A stretch of DNA of 64,000 bases from Collinsella aerofaciens (GCA_048194085.1 DBFABM010000020.1:1692-65691), one strand, 5' to 3'. Positions 32,755-41,702 are shown, counted from the stretch's first letter. Notes: generated from the sequence alone by a model not told the origin. Translations and numbers: made by a program.

Positions 32755-33471
32755 TTAGAACAGGAGGGCGTAGATGACGGCGATGACGACGGAGGGAAGC
32801 ATATTGGCCGTGCGGAAGGTCTGAGGACGGATGAGATTGACGCCGACGCAGAAGATGAGCATGGAGCCTACGAGCGAAAGGCTGTTGAGGGCTGCTGTGG
32901 TCATGATGGGGGAGAGCGCGCCGGCAAACAACGTGATCGTCCCCTGGAACACGGCTACGGGCAGGGCCGAGAAGATGCAGCCGCGTCCGAGCGACGCCGT
33001 CATGGTGCAGACGATGATGCAGTCCAGCGCTCCCTTGAGGGCGAGCGTGGACCAGTCGCCGAGCAGGCCGTCTTGGATTGATCCCACGATAGCCATGGCA
33101 CCGATGCAGACGGTGAGTGAAGTCGAGACAAAAGCGTTGGTGAACTCGTTATCGCCCTCACTGCCAGTCTTGCGCTTGAGCCATTCACCAAGGTTCTCGA
33201 TGACGGCTTCCAAGTTGACGGCCTCGCCGATGAGTGAACCGAGCGCAAATGAGACGATGAGCATGGTGGTACCGGTGGTCGCCAGCGCCTTTCCATCGAT
33301 GATGAGCATCTTTTGCATGGTGCCGCCCAGGCCGATAAACAGGACGCACAGCCCCGATGCTTTCATGAGCGTGTCTTGGATGCGCGGTGTAATGAAGCGG
33401 CCGCCCGCTAATCCCAAAAGACCGCCCGCAACTAAAAGCACAACGTTGATGATTGTTCCCAAGCCCGGCAT
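32755..33471 (-). CDS. DUF554-family membrane protein
   Basis: ATG 33471 after AGGAGGG. MPGLGTIINVVLLVAGGLLGL... and polytopic hydrophobic sequence typical of YdfK/YqgA-like DUF554. Confidence 0.8.
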   Translation of the reverse strand: MPGLGTIINVVLLVAGGLLGLAGGRFITPRIQDTLMKASGLCVLFIGLGGTMQKMLIIDGKALATTGTTMLIVSFALGSLIGEAVNLEAVIENLGEWLKRKTGSEGDNEFTNAFVSTSLTVCIGAMAIVGSIQDGLLGDWSTLALKGALDCIIVCTMTASLGRGCIFSALPVAVFQGTITLFAGALSPIMTTAALNSLSLVGSMLIFCVGVNLIRPQTFRTANMLPSVVIAVIYALLF

Positions 33472-33589
33472 GAGCCCTCCTGTATTGATGCCAACGTGGC
33501 AATCGTAGCAGAACGAAATGCGAGGCACATCGCGACCCATCTAATACGTTATATAAGTGGTATTAGGAATGATGCGCAGCATTTAAGCC

Positions 33590-35020
33590 TCAGGTGGTTG
33601 TCGGGACATAGGGATAGTATTCAAAGCGCAGTGTCATAAGCCGCTGTGGGGATTCAATAGCCGCGGCGATGATATTGGCATCGCGGGCACGATCAAACCC
33701 TTCGAGTTCGATCTGATACGAGACGTCTTGCATAATGTCCAGACGTCGCCAGGCTAGGAGTGTGTCACCATCGAATTCTAAGGTCTTGCCTCCGTCTGGA
33801 GCAACGGCGTATAAACGCAGCTTGGCGGTGGTTGCAGGGTCGACAACCGTGACCTTTTTAATTTCGTTTCGAGTATTCTTGGCGCCCAACAAGGTGAGCA
33901 GTGTTGGGGCCACGACCTCGCCCGATGGCAAAAAGACGACTTCGATGGATTCAGGAAATGCGATGATGGCTGACTTGCGGACGGGCTGATTGGCGGCGGC
34001 AACTTCGATGTTCGCAGCGTCGATGACCTCTGTGTGGTCGAGCGCGGCAAGCACGCAGCAGTTACCTTCATCGATCTCTTGAGGATCAGCAAGCCCCAGA
34101 CTGTCCGCGAGCTCGGGATCGTTTGGATCGGCAGCGGGCTCATTCGGCGCTTCGAAAGAAGCTGGGACGCTGTTTGTCGGCGACGGCGTGTCGCCCGCAC
34201 CTGCTTCTTTATCCGCGCTCTCTTCTTGTATGGTTACGTTGATGGGTTCGTCGTTTGGGGGGAGCGTCTTGGCGTCAAGCGCGGAGGGGAGAATTCCGAT
34301 GGCTCCGGATCCGCGCCACTCCATTTCGAGAAGCGCCGGGTCGGCAAGAATGCGTTGCCTGCTTTGCGCGTGGGCATCGATTTCAATAGGGCCTGCCTCT
34401 ATCCCTCGTGTAAGGCTGAGTGATCCGGCTGGCTTCTCGAAATGAGCGTCTGTGTCTTTGGTGCTGACGGCGTAGAACAGCAGGGACGCTTCTCCCGCCG
34501 CGATGGCATCGGTGTCGGCTTTGGTCAGCCGCAACGATGCCGTGAATGAGAGGGTGGGCTGCGTGTCGTCGGCATTCGCGGCGGCGCAGCCCAGACATAT
34601 ACCGCCTCCTTTCTCGAAAAACGTACCGTCGAAGGCGACCTTCGCTCCGTTCGCCGAGTCATCGACCGAAGCGATGTCGATGCGCAGCTCTAAATTGCAT
34701 GGATCGCCATCTGCATCGAGCACAACCGAGCGCCACGTGCAGACGGCGCACCCCGCCTGGGAGCCGTTTGCCTTGTTCGAACGCTTGATATCCACGACTA
34801 TCGAGCCGTCCGTATTACGACGAAGGCATCCCGAGGTTGAGATCGCGGCCTGTGCGATCGAAAAACGCTTGCACGCAATGGCGCTCGACGGATTTGGTGC
34901 GGAACTTAGGGCTGCTGGTAAGGAGTCTGCCATGACGGGAGTCGCCCAAGCGGCGACAGGCGTTCCGGTTGCGAGCGCGCCGCAGAGTGCGACGACGGGC
35001 AAAAGGTTCTTCGATGCCAT
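33590..35020 (-). CDS. Secreted hypothetical protein (476 aa), last gene of the surface-protein operon
   Basis: AAGGAG RBS. Signal peptide MASKNLLPVVALCGALATGTPVAAWA. No family recognised, and no C-terminal anchor. Confidence 0.7.
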   Translation of the reverse strand: MASKNLLPVVALCGALATGTPVAAWATPVMADSLPAALSSAPNPSSAIACKRFSIAQAAISTSGCLRRNTDGSIVVDIKRSNKANGSQAGCAVCTWRSVVLDADGDPCNLELRIDIASVDDSANGAKVAFDGTFFEKGGGICLGCAAANADDTQPTLSFTASLRLTKADTDAIAAGEASLLFYAVSTKDTDAHFEKPAGSLSLTRGIEAGPIEIDAHAQSRQRILADPALLEMEWRGSGAIGILPSALDAKTLPPNDEPINVTIQEESADKEAGAGDTPSPTNSVPASFEAPNEPAADPNDPELADSLGLADPQEIDEGNCCVLAALDHTEVIDAANIEVAAANQPVRKSAIIAFPESIEVVFLPSGEVVAPTLLTLLGAKNTRNEIKKVTVVDPATTAKLRLYAVAPDGGKTLEFDGDTLLAWRRLDIMQDVSYQIELEGFDRARDANIIAAAIESPQRLMTLRFEYYPYVPTTT

Positions 35021-35038
35021 GGGGTCTCCTTAGCTAAT

Positions 35039-35317
35039 TTAGTGCGGCCTGTCCGTGTTTTGTTTCTGGCTGCGTTTGATGTGCAGGCCGAGGCCGGCGG
35101 TTCCCGCGCCTGCTGCTGTGGCGCCTGCTGCCAAGAGCCATCGTCCATCGCCTGTCTGCGCCAATGGTTCCTCGCGGTCGCCGCGGTCGAGCCCCGAGAG
35201 GTCGACCGTCACTTGCGTGGCGGCCTGCGCCTGTTCTTGCTGGGCAAAGGCCATGGCTGGGCCAAACGCTAAGATGCTGACGGCGGCGGCCAGGGCGACG
35301 GCCTTATGCCGTGTGCG
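35039..35317 (-). CDS. Mini surface protein with signal peptide and LAXTG sortase sorting signal (CscD-like)
   Basis: GTG 35317 overlaps the upstream gene by 14 nt. Signal AVALAAAVSILAFGPAMAFA, ~40-aa mature part, then LAQTG + WLLAAGATAAGAGTAGLGL + HIKRSQK. Confidence 0.6.
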   Translation of the reverse strand, partial: RTRHKAVALAAAVSILAFGPAMAFAQQEQAQAATQVTVDLSGLDRGDREEPLAQTGDGRWLLAAGATAAGAGTAGLGLHIKRSQKQNTDRPH

Positions 35318-35903
35318 CACCGGGCTCGACCGTCCAGGTGATCGTTGCAACCTGATCGCCTTCGCCGGTTACGTGGAAGATATCGCGCGTGACGCGGGCG
35401 ACGTTTCCGCTTGTCTTGAGCTTAATTTTGTCCGTGCCGCCGGCAATGCCCTGGTAGCCCATGTCGAAGGCTGCATTCTTGGAAAGATCGAGGCCCGTCC
35501 CTTGCGCGGCGGCGCTGGCGTTCTGGAGTGCGCCGTCGGGGCCGACCTTAAAGTCGATGGAGTTCTGCGCGGTTCCGGCCTTGGCGTCGGCGGCAATGGT
35601 CCAGGTGTTCATGGCGTCGATTTTCATGTTGGTGACATGGATGCCGTAGGCCGAAAGATTGTCGATGGTGATCGCGTCTTCTGAGGGACCCTGAAGCGTG
35701 CCGTCGGCTTGGGCGACGAAGGGAATAACCGTCGGTGCGTTGAACTTGATGTTGTCGATCTCGGTCTTGACCATTACCTTCGTGGTTCCAACACGCCCGG
35801 CTGCCATAGCTGGCGTCGGGGCGGCGCCCATTGCGAGTGCGAGCGCGAGCCCTGCGCCCACGACGAGCGCTCTGGCTCCGTTCATGTTTCTGGTGATGTT
35901 CAT
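35304..35903 (-). CDS. Secreted protein, WxL-domain-like
   Basis: AAAGGA RBS. Signal peptide ...LALALAMGAAPTPAMAA. Internal NTWTI and C-terminal ATITWTVEPG resemble the two WxL motifs (distal consensus [LI]TWxLxxxP). Confidence 0.55.
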   Translation of the reverse strand: MNITRNMNGARALVVGAGLALALAMGAAPTPAMAAGRVGTTKVMVKTEIDNIKFNAPTVIPFVAQADGTLQGPSEDAITIDNLSAYGIHVTNMKIDAMNTWTIAADAKAGTAQNSIDFKVGPDGALQNASAAAQGTGLDLSKNAAFDMGYQGIAGGTDKIKLKTSGNVARVTRDIFHVTGEGDQVATITWTVEPGAHTA

Positions 35904-35992
35904 GGTCGTTCCTTTCTATTCGCCGCGGGCCGTCCCCGCGATGATTGGACGAATGCTAGTGAATTGCGTGCGGTGCTGCGTCGGCCGGAAAG

Positions 35993-36502
35993 CTAGTTCT
36001 CGGCTTGCTCAACCCGTACCTTGACACGTGTCGGATTGCCGTGGCTGTCGAGGGTCTTGGCATCGAGTGCCTGGATCTCGATGTACGCCTCGCCTTCTTT
36101 GATGCCGCCGGCGGGGCACGTCTCGATTGTCTTGCCGGTCTCGACCACACCGGATTCGTACATGGTCTCGTCGTTTTGGATGACGCGGAATCGCTGGGGA
36201 TATTTATTGTCTTGGACGTTTTGCACGTTGACGCGCAGCTTGCCGTCCTCCTGCAGCTGAGCGACCGGCGCGACCGAAATCGTCATCATGTTGTCGCGGA
36301 CGATGGCGTCGAGCTCATCTTGGATTTCCTGACGCGTTTTGCCCTCGGCCGTCGTGACCGAAGCGCCCGCCTCGGGTACGGGCTGCGACTGCCAAGCGTA
36401 TAGTCCTACGGCGACAAGGGCGCAGACGATGGCCAAGCAGGCAACGATGAGCTTCTTGCGACGACCCAGGCCTGCAAAGTGGGGTGGCTTCTTCGCGCTC
36501 AT
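35993..36502 (-). CDS. Membrane-anchored hypothetical protein (169 aa)
   Basis: ATG 36502 overlaps the stop of the upstream 98-aa ORF (ATGA). Basic N-terminus plus TM segment LIVACLAIVCALVAVGLYAW, then a beta-rich ectodomain. Confidence 0.65.
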   Translation of the reverse strand: MSAKKPPHFAGLGRRKKLIVACLAIVCALVAVGLYAWQSQPVPEAGASVTTAEGKTRQEIQDELDAIVRDNMMTISVAPVAQLQEDGKLRVNVQNVQDNKYPQRFRVIQNDETMYESGVVETGKTIETCPAGGIKEGEAYIEIQALDAKTLDSHGNPTRVKVRVEQAEN

Positions 36503-36795
36503 GCGGCATCCTTGGCGGTATAGACGCGCGCAAAGGTGGACGGGTCCGCTCCAAAGAGCATGTGAAGCATCAGACGGCGCGAGTAGACGAGCTCGTCGAA
36601 GTCGGGAGGGAGCTCGATGTCGTGGATATGCGCGATGTGGTGGGCGAGCGCCGAGAACGACTCGGGGTCGCAGATCACATCGGTGGTAACGTGGTAGACC
36701 GTCGTATCGGGGAATGCCTCTTCGTCGAAAGGCAGGAGATGGGGATCGTCGTCGACTTCGATGGCGATGCCGTACTGGGGCCAGTAATATGCCAT
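36499..36795 (-). CDS. 98-aa protein related to the C-terminal Vsr/DUF559-like module of the 9401..10528 protein
   Basis: GIAIEVDDDPH aligns with QVAIECQGKASH, VYHVTTDVICDPESF with DVLLLTHRQISDEDRF, and RRLMLHMLF with AETLLRSELF. Translationally coupled to the next gene. Confidence 0.5.
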   Translation of the reverse strand: MAYYWPQYGIAIEVDDDPHLLPFDEEAFPDTTVYHVTTDVICDPESFSALAHHIAHIHDIELPPDFDELVYSRRLMLHMLFGADPSTFARVYTAKDAA

Positions 36796-37140
36796 GGGAA
36801 CCTCCCTGCTTCTGGGCCAAAACTTCTATCGGTTTTGGCTGTCGACGCCGACCGTATCAGCCGCTACTTGACCAATTTCTGACCAAATGCTTGACGGATT
36901 GGCGTCTCCGCAGGTAAAAGGCGGCAAAAAATACTCCAACTTTTTTCGAGCGACAATCGCGCGGTCGGCGACGGCGGGGCCATATGTGTCAAAAGCATCG
37001 TCTGCCGAGGAAATCAAGCCGCTCGCCGAATTGCACGAACGTAAAAAACGCCAATTATGGAGACGGTCTCGAACACGTCGACGAAACGATGCGGTAACAT
37101 CTCCCTGCAAACACTGTAGTTAGCTAAAGGGGGAGTTCGC

Positions 37141-38742
37141 GTGTCTGCAACCATCAAACCCTTCACCGACGAGTTCGAAGAGTATGGCCGCGATGAATCT
37201 CGCGCATCGGGCGAGGCCTCGAGCATCTCGTTTCCGACAACGGAAAACGAGGTCCGTGCCATTTTGGAAAAGCTCCATGTCGAGCGTGTTCCGGTAACGG
37301 TTCAGGGCGCCCGAACCGGCCTTGCCGCCGGCGCCGTGCCCCACGGCGGGCATATCCTCAATACTTCCCGTATGAATCGCTATTTGGGCCTTCGCCGCGA
37401 TGAACAAGGCCAATTTCTGCTGCGCGTGGAGCCGGGCGTTGTGCTCTCGGAGCTGCGCAAGCAGCTGAGCAAGAAGGTGCTGCCGACCGCTGGTTGGGAC
37501 CAGGCATCGCTTGAGGCCTACGAGGAGTTCCAAGAGGCTCCCGAGCAGTTTTTTCCCACCGATCCCACCGAGGCGTCTGCCTGTCTGGGCGGCATGGCGG
37601 CATGTAACGCCTCCGGTGCCCGCAGCTACGCCTACGGCCCCATGCGCCCACATATCACGGGACTCCACGTCGTGCTGGCTGATGGCGATTTGCTTGAGCT
37701 TCGGCGCGGCGAGGCTTTTGCCCAGGGCCGCCACCTGTCGCTCGTGACGGCAGCGGGCCGTACACTCGAGCTCGATCTTCCCGGCTATACCATGCCCAAG
37801 ACAAAAAATGCTTCGGGCTATTTCGTTGCTGACGATATGGATGCCATCGATCTGTTTATCGGTGCGTGTGGCACAATCGGCGTCATCACCGAACTCGAGA
37901 TTGCCCTGCAGGTGGCACCCGCGGTCGTTTGGGGCGTGAGCTGCTTCTTCGACAGCGAAGACAAGGCCGTGTCCTTCACCGATTCTGTGCGTCCCGTCCT
38001 GTCCCATGCGGCTGCCATCGAGTACTTCGATGCTGGCGCCCTGGATATTCTACGTCGCCAGCGCGAGCAGTCGACGGCGTTTGCCTCGCTGCCTGCGCTC
38101 GACAAAGACGCCAAGGTCTGTGTCTACGTGGAGCTCGACTGCGACGACGAAGCCCAGGCGACTGAGGAGCTGTATCACTTGGGGTGGGTACTGGAGCTTG
38201 CGGGCGGCAGTGACGATGCAACATGGGTCGCGCGCACCGAGGTCGATCGCGAGTGTCAGCGATTCTTCCGCCATGCGGTGCCCGAGAGCGTCAACATGCT
38301 CATCGACGAGCGCCGCCGCATGGATCCCGCCATCACCAAACTGGGTTCGGACATGTCGGTGCCCAACGCGCACTTGGCCGATGTTATCGCCCTCTATCGC
38401 CGCACGCTGGCGGAAAGTGGGCTTGAATCTGCCGCCTGGGGGCATATCGGTAACAACCATCTGCATGTGAACATTCTGCCGCGCGATGCACAGGATTATC
38501 GCCGCGGCGGAGAACTCTTTGCCCAGTGGGCTTCCGAGGTCACGGCCATGGGCGGTGCCGTCTCCGCAGAACACGGCGTCGGCAAGATCAAGGCGGGCTT
38601 CTTGGAGACGATGTACGGTCACGAGGCCATGGTCGAGTCGGCGCGGCTCAAGCTCCAGCTCGATCCTGCCGGGCAGCTGGGTCGCGGTAACCTGTTTTCG
38701 GAGAAGCTCTTGGATGAGCTCGTCCAGAAAGGGGGCGCGTGA
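37141..38742 (+). CDS. FAD-linked oxidase, GlcD/D-lactate dehydrogenase-like (LctD-like)
   Basis: GTG 37141 after AAAGGGGGAG. FAD-binding PCMH-type N-terminus (VTVQGARTGLAAGAVP). C-terminal AEHGVGKIK motif. Followed by etfB and etfA. Confidence 0.85.
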   Translation: MSATIKPFTDEFEEYGRDESRASGEASSISFPTTENEVRAILEKLHVERVPVTVQGARTGLAAGAVPHGGHILNTSRMNRYLGLRRDEQGQFLLRVEPGVVLSELRKQLSKKVLPTAGWDQASLEAYEEFQEAPEQFFPTDPTEASACLGGMAACNASGARSYAYGPMRPHITGLHVVLADGDLLELRRGEAFAQGRHLSLVTAAGRTLELDLPGYTMPKTKNASGYFVADDMDAIDLFIGACGTIGVITELEIALQVAPAVVWGVSCFFDSEDKAVSFTDSVRPVLSHAAAIEYFDAGALDILRRQREQSTAFASLPALDKDAKVCVYVELDCDDEAQATEELYHLGWVLELAGGSDDATWVARTEVDRECQRFFRHAVPESVNMLIDERRRMDPAITKLGSDMSVPNAHLADVIALYRRTLAESGLESAAWGHIGNNHLHVNILPRDAQDYRRGGELFAQWASEVTAMGGAVSAEHGVGKIKAGFLETMYGHEAMVESARLKLQLDPAGQLGRGNLFSEKLLDELVQKGGA

Positions 38743-38744
38743 AG

Positions 38745-39560
38745 ATGAGCGATTTCCATATGGTGGTGTGCGTCAAGGCCGTGCCGGGCAGCACCGAGGT
38801 CAAGATGGACCCCAAGACCAATACCATCGTGCGCGATGGCAAGCAGGCGGTCATTAATCCCTTTGATGCGAGCGCTTTGGAATGCGCGCTGGCGCTGAAG
38901 GACGACTTTATCGGCTTTGGCATGGACGTGCGCGTGACGGTGGTGTCGATGGGCATCCCCGCGACCGAATCGCTGCTGCGCGACTGCATCGCTCGAGGCG
39001 CCGACGATGCGCTGCTGCTGACCGATCGTGCCTTTGCAGGTGCCGATACCCTGGCAACCACCTATGCCCTCAAGTGCGGCATCGAGGCGCTCGACGAGGA
39101 CTTCGACCTGCTCATCTGCGGCAAGATGGCGGTGGATGGCGATACGGCCCAGATTGGTCCCGAGCTTGCCGGTGCCTTTGATATTCCCTGCGTGACCGAC
39201 GTGAGCTGCGTGCAGAGCGCGGGCTTTACGACCTGTGGCTCGCTGGCGCTCGTTCACGGATGCGATGCCGGCGAGGAGACGGTGTACCTTGAGATGCCGT
39301 GCGCGATGACGACTGCCAAGGAGATTGGCCAGTTGCGTATGCCGAGTATTGCCGGTATTCGCGCGGCGGAGGAGGCGGACGTGCGCGTGGTCAGTGCCGC
39401 CGACGTGAACGCCGACCCCGCGCGTTGCGGTCTTGCCGGGTCGCCGACACAGGTCGTGCGCTCGTTTGTGCCCGACCGTGACCAAACGTGCGAGGCCGTT
39501 GAGGGGACGGCGTCCGAGCAGGCGGCAAAGCTTGCCAAGATTATCGAGGGGATGGCATAG
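38745..39560 (+). CDS. etfB: Electron transfer flavoprotein beta subunit
   Basis: VVCVKAVPG..VKMDP..INPFDASALECAL, LLICGKMAVDGDTAQIGP. The start could also be 38739 or 38760. Confidence 0.85.
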   Translation: MSDFHMVVCVKAVPGSTEVKMDPKTNTIVRDGKQAVINPFDASALECALALKDDFIGFGMDVRVTVVSMGIPATESLLRDCIARGADDALLLTDRAFAGADTLATTYALKCGIEALDEDFDLLICGKMAVDGDTAQIGPELAGAFDIPCVTDVSCVQSAGFTTCGSLALVHGCDAGEETVYLEMPCAMTTAKEIGQLRMPSIAGIRAAEEADVRVVSAADVNADPARCGLAGSPTQVVRSFVPDRDQTCEAVEGTASEQAAKLAKIIEGMA

Positions 39561-40760
39561 ATGAGCGGACTGATTATCGATAGCGAAGCCTGTATCGGCT
39601 GCGGTCGCTGCGTTCGCGCCTGTGCCTCGGGCGGCATCGTAGTGGAAGGCGAGCGACCCAGCCGATGCGCCCGCGTAACCGACGGCTGCATCCTATGCGG
39701 TGGGTGCGTCGACGCCTGCCCTGTCAACGCTATCTCGATCGAGCGTGACGAGGCCGCTGGTGCGGTGGACCTTGATGCATATCGAGACATTTGGGTATTC
39801 GCGCAGACCGACGAGCACGATACGGTGACTCCCGTTGCCTATGAGCTTATGGGCAAGGGCCGCGAGCTTGCCGATGCTCGCGACTGCCGTCTGGTGGCAC
39901 TGATCGGTATGGGTCCCGAGGGTTCTCTCGGCGACCTGGAGCATCTGGTTTGCGCGGGCGCCGACGAAGTCCTGGCCTGTCGCGACGAGCGCCTGCGCCA
40001 AAACGATGCGGAGGTCTACGCCCGCTTGATCTGCGATTTGGTAGCCGAACGCAAACCCGAGGCCATCCTATACGGTGCGACCGCTTTTGGCCGCGAACTG
40101 GCACCCGGCGTTGCCGTGCGCTTGCAGACGGGCCTTACGGCTGACTGCACCGTACTTTCGATGGATACGGAGACGGGGCTGCTGCAACAGACGCGTCCGG
40201 CGTTTGGCGGCAACCTGATGGCCACCATCGTCTGCCCCAATCATCGTCCCCAGATGGCAACGGTTCGTCCCGGCATCTTTAAGGCGCCCGACTTTGACTA
40301 CGACCGCTCCGGCACGATCACCCAGATATCGCTTGCGGATGATGCTAAGGCTCGTGTCGAGATCTCGATTCCCGCCGAGGAGTGGAGGCAGCAGGCCTCG
40401 ATCGCCGATGCCGAGCGCTTGGTCGTGGTGGGCCGCGGCATTGGCTCCAAGAAGAATCTGCCCCTGATGCGAAGGCTCGCCGAGGCTCTGGGAGCCGAGC
40501 TTGGTTGCACGCGACCTGTCGTGGAGGCCGGCTGGTTGGAGTGTCGCCATCAGATTGGCCAGACCGGCGTATCGGTTTCGCCCAAGCTTCTCGTGAGTAT
40601 CGGTGTTTCGGGCGCCATCCAGCATCTTGCCGGCATCGGTGGGGCAGAGTGCATTATCGCCATCAACGAGGACCCGGATGCCCCCCATCTTTGGTGCTGC
40701 CCAGTACAAGGTTGTCGGCGATGCCGTCGAGGTCGTCGAGGAACTGCTGGCCCAGCTTGA
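39561..40760 (+). CDS. etfA: Electron transfer flavoprotein alpha subunit with N-terminal 2x[4Fe-4S]-type ferredoxin domain; 3' end apparently frameshifted
   Basis: CIGCGRCVRAC and CILCGGCVDACP, then an EtfA fold (VFAQT.., PKLLVSIGVSGAIQHLAGI, IIAINEDPDAP). After the C6 run at 40681-40686 the conserved C-terminus continues in another frame to TAG 40765-40767. Confidence 0.8.
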   Translation: MSGLIIDSEACIGCGRCVRACASGGIVVEGERPSRCARVTDGCILCGGCVDACPVNAISIERDEAAGAVDLDAYRDIWVFAQTDEHDTVTPVAYELMGKGRELADARDCRLVALIGMGPEGSLGDLEHLVCAGADEVLACRDERLRQNDAEVYARLICDLVAERKPEAILYGATAFGRELAPGVAVRLQTGLTADCTVLSMDTETGLLQQTRPAFGGNLMATIVCPNHRPQMATVRPGIFKAPDFDYDRSGTITQISLADDAKARVEISIPAEEWRQQASIADAERLVVVGRGIGSKKNLPLMRRLAEALGAELGCTRPVVEAGWLECRHQIGQTGVSVSPKLLVSIGVSGAIQHLAGIGGAECIIAINEDPDAPHLWCCPVQGCRRCRRGRRGTAGPA

Positions 40761-40763
40761 GCG

Positions 40764-41576
40764 CTAGGCGCGCGCCAGCCAGTCGCGCATCTCGTCCTTA
40801 AGGCGGCTCCAAGTCGCCTGCGTGGCGGGGTCGGTAAAGGGCCGCGTAATGCCAAAGGGCGCGTCGAGCAGGCGGTAGATATCGCCCTGCTCGCGCGCCA
40901 GCGCGCGGCTTGCTGGATAGACGAGCTCAAACATAAAGCAGATAAGCCCCACCAAGAAGTCGGCGGGCTCATCGCGCTCATCGCGTGCGACGCAGCGGTG
41001 CTCGTCAAAGGCGGCAAGTGTCGGCGACGAGAAACGGCTGCCGAGAAACGTCTTCTCGTCCACCTTGAGGATAGTGTCGACGGTGCTGTCGGCGATGGTG
41101 CGCATAATGTCGATCTTGTCGCCATCGCGCACGATATCGCAGAAGCACCGTGTACGCTCGTCGAGTTGTGCCGGCAGGCGAAAGTCGCTGTGATAGGCGA
41201 TGCTCGCTCGGATGAGCTCGTCATGCGCACCGGTTTCGATAAAGTCACGGATGTTTGTCGTGGCGGGTGCATCGGCGGGATTCTCGCCAAAGAGGACCTC
41301 GATGCCCAGCGCCGCATGGCTCATGCTCTCGGCGTCCTTAAAGGTGTCCCAGCGTCGCAGCTGCTCAAAGCGGCCCATATCGTGTAGCAGGCCGCAAAGC
41401 CATGCCAGGTCAATATCTTCTGACGACCAGCCCTGCTCGCGCGCTACGGCATCGCATGCCTCGGCCACGTGGTACGTATGCTCGATTTTGAGCGCGATGC
41501 GTGGGTTGGTGGCGTCGTAGGCATCGGTGTAGCTTTTGAAGGCCGCGCGCGCCCGGTCTCGATCGATAGCTGTCAT
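40764..41576 (-). CDS. HD-domain metal-dependent phosphohydrolase
   Basis: EHTYHV...LLHDMGR (H..HD motif) and DGDKIDI. Its stop overlaps the corrected etfA stop (convergent genes). Confidence 0.75.
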   Translation of the reverse strand: MTAIDRDRARAAFKSYTDAYDATNPRIALKIEHTYHVAEACDAVAREQGWSSEDIDLAWLCGLLHDMGRFEQLRRWDTFKDAESMSHAALGIEVLFGENPADAPATTNIRDFIETGAHDELIRASIAYHSDFRLPAQLDERTRCFCDIVRDGDKIDIMRTIADSTVDTILKVDEKTFLGSRFSSPTLAAFDEHRCVARDERDEPADFLVGLICFMFELVYPASRALAREQGDIYRLLDAPFGITRPFTDPATQATWSRLKDEMRDWLARA

Positions 41577-41702
41577 AATGACTTCCTAAAAAGTTGTGTC
41601 TTTCGATCCGGTGGCAATTGTAGGTGAACTCGGTTGCTGTCGGATGATGATTCTGCCGTATCGCTACATGCGGCTCGGAGACCTTGTCAGGATGAGAAGC
41701 GT

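Noticed and set aside
36503-36820. N-terminal extension making a 275-aa ORF (35993-36820)
   Set aside because: The extension is Arg/Pro/His-rich nonsense. The same DNA encodes, in another frame, the 98-aa ORF whose stop overlaps ATG 36502 (ATGA coupling).
36821-37140. Small ORFs (36826-37110 minus, 36887-37123 plus) in the divergent intergenic region
   Set aside because: They have no RBS and no recognisable family, and their composition is atypical. The region more likely carries the divergent promoters of the surface operon and the LDH/Etf operon.
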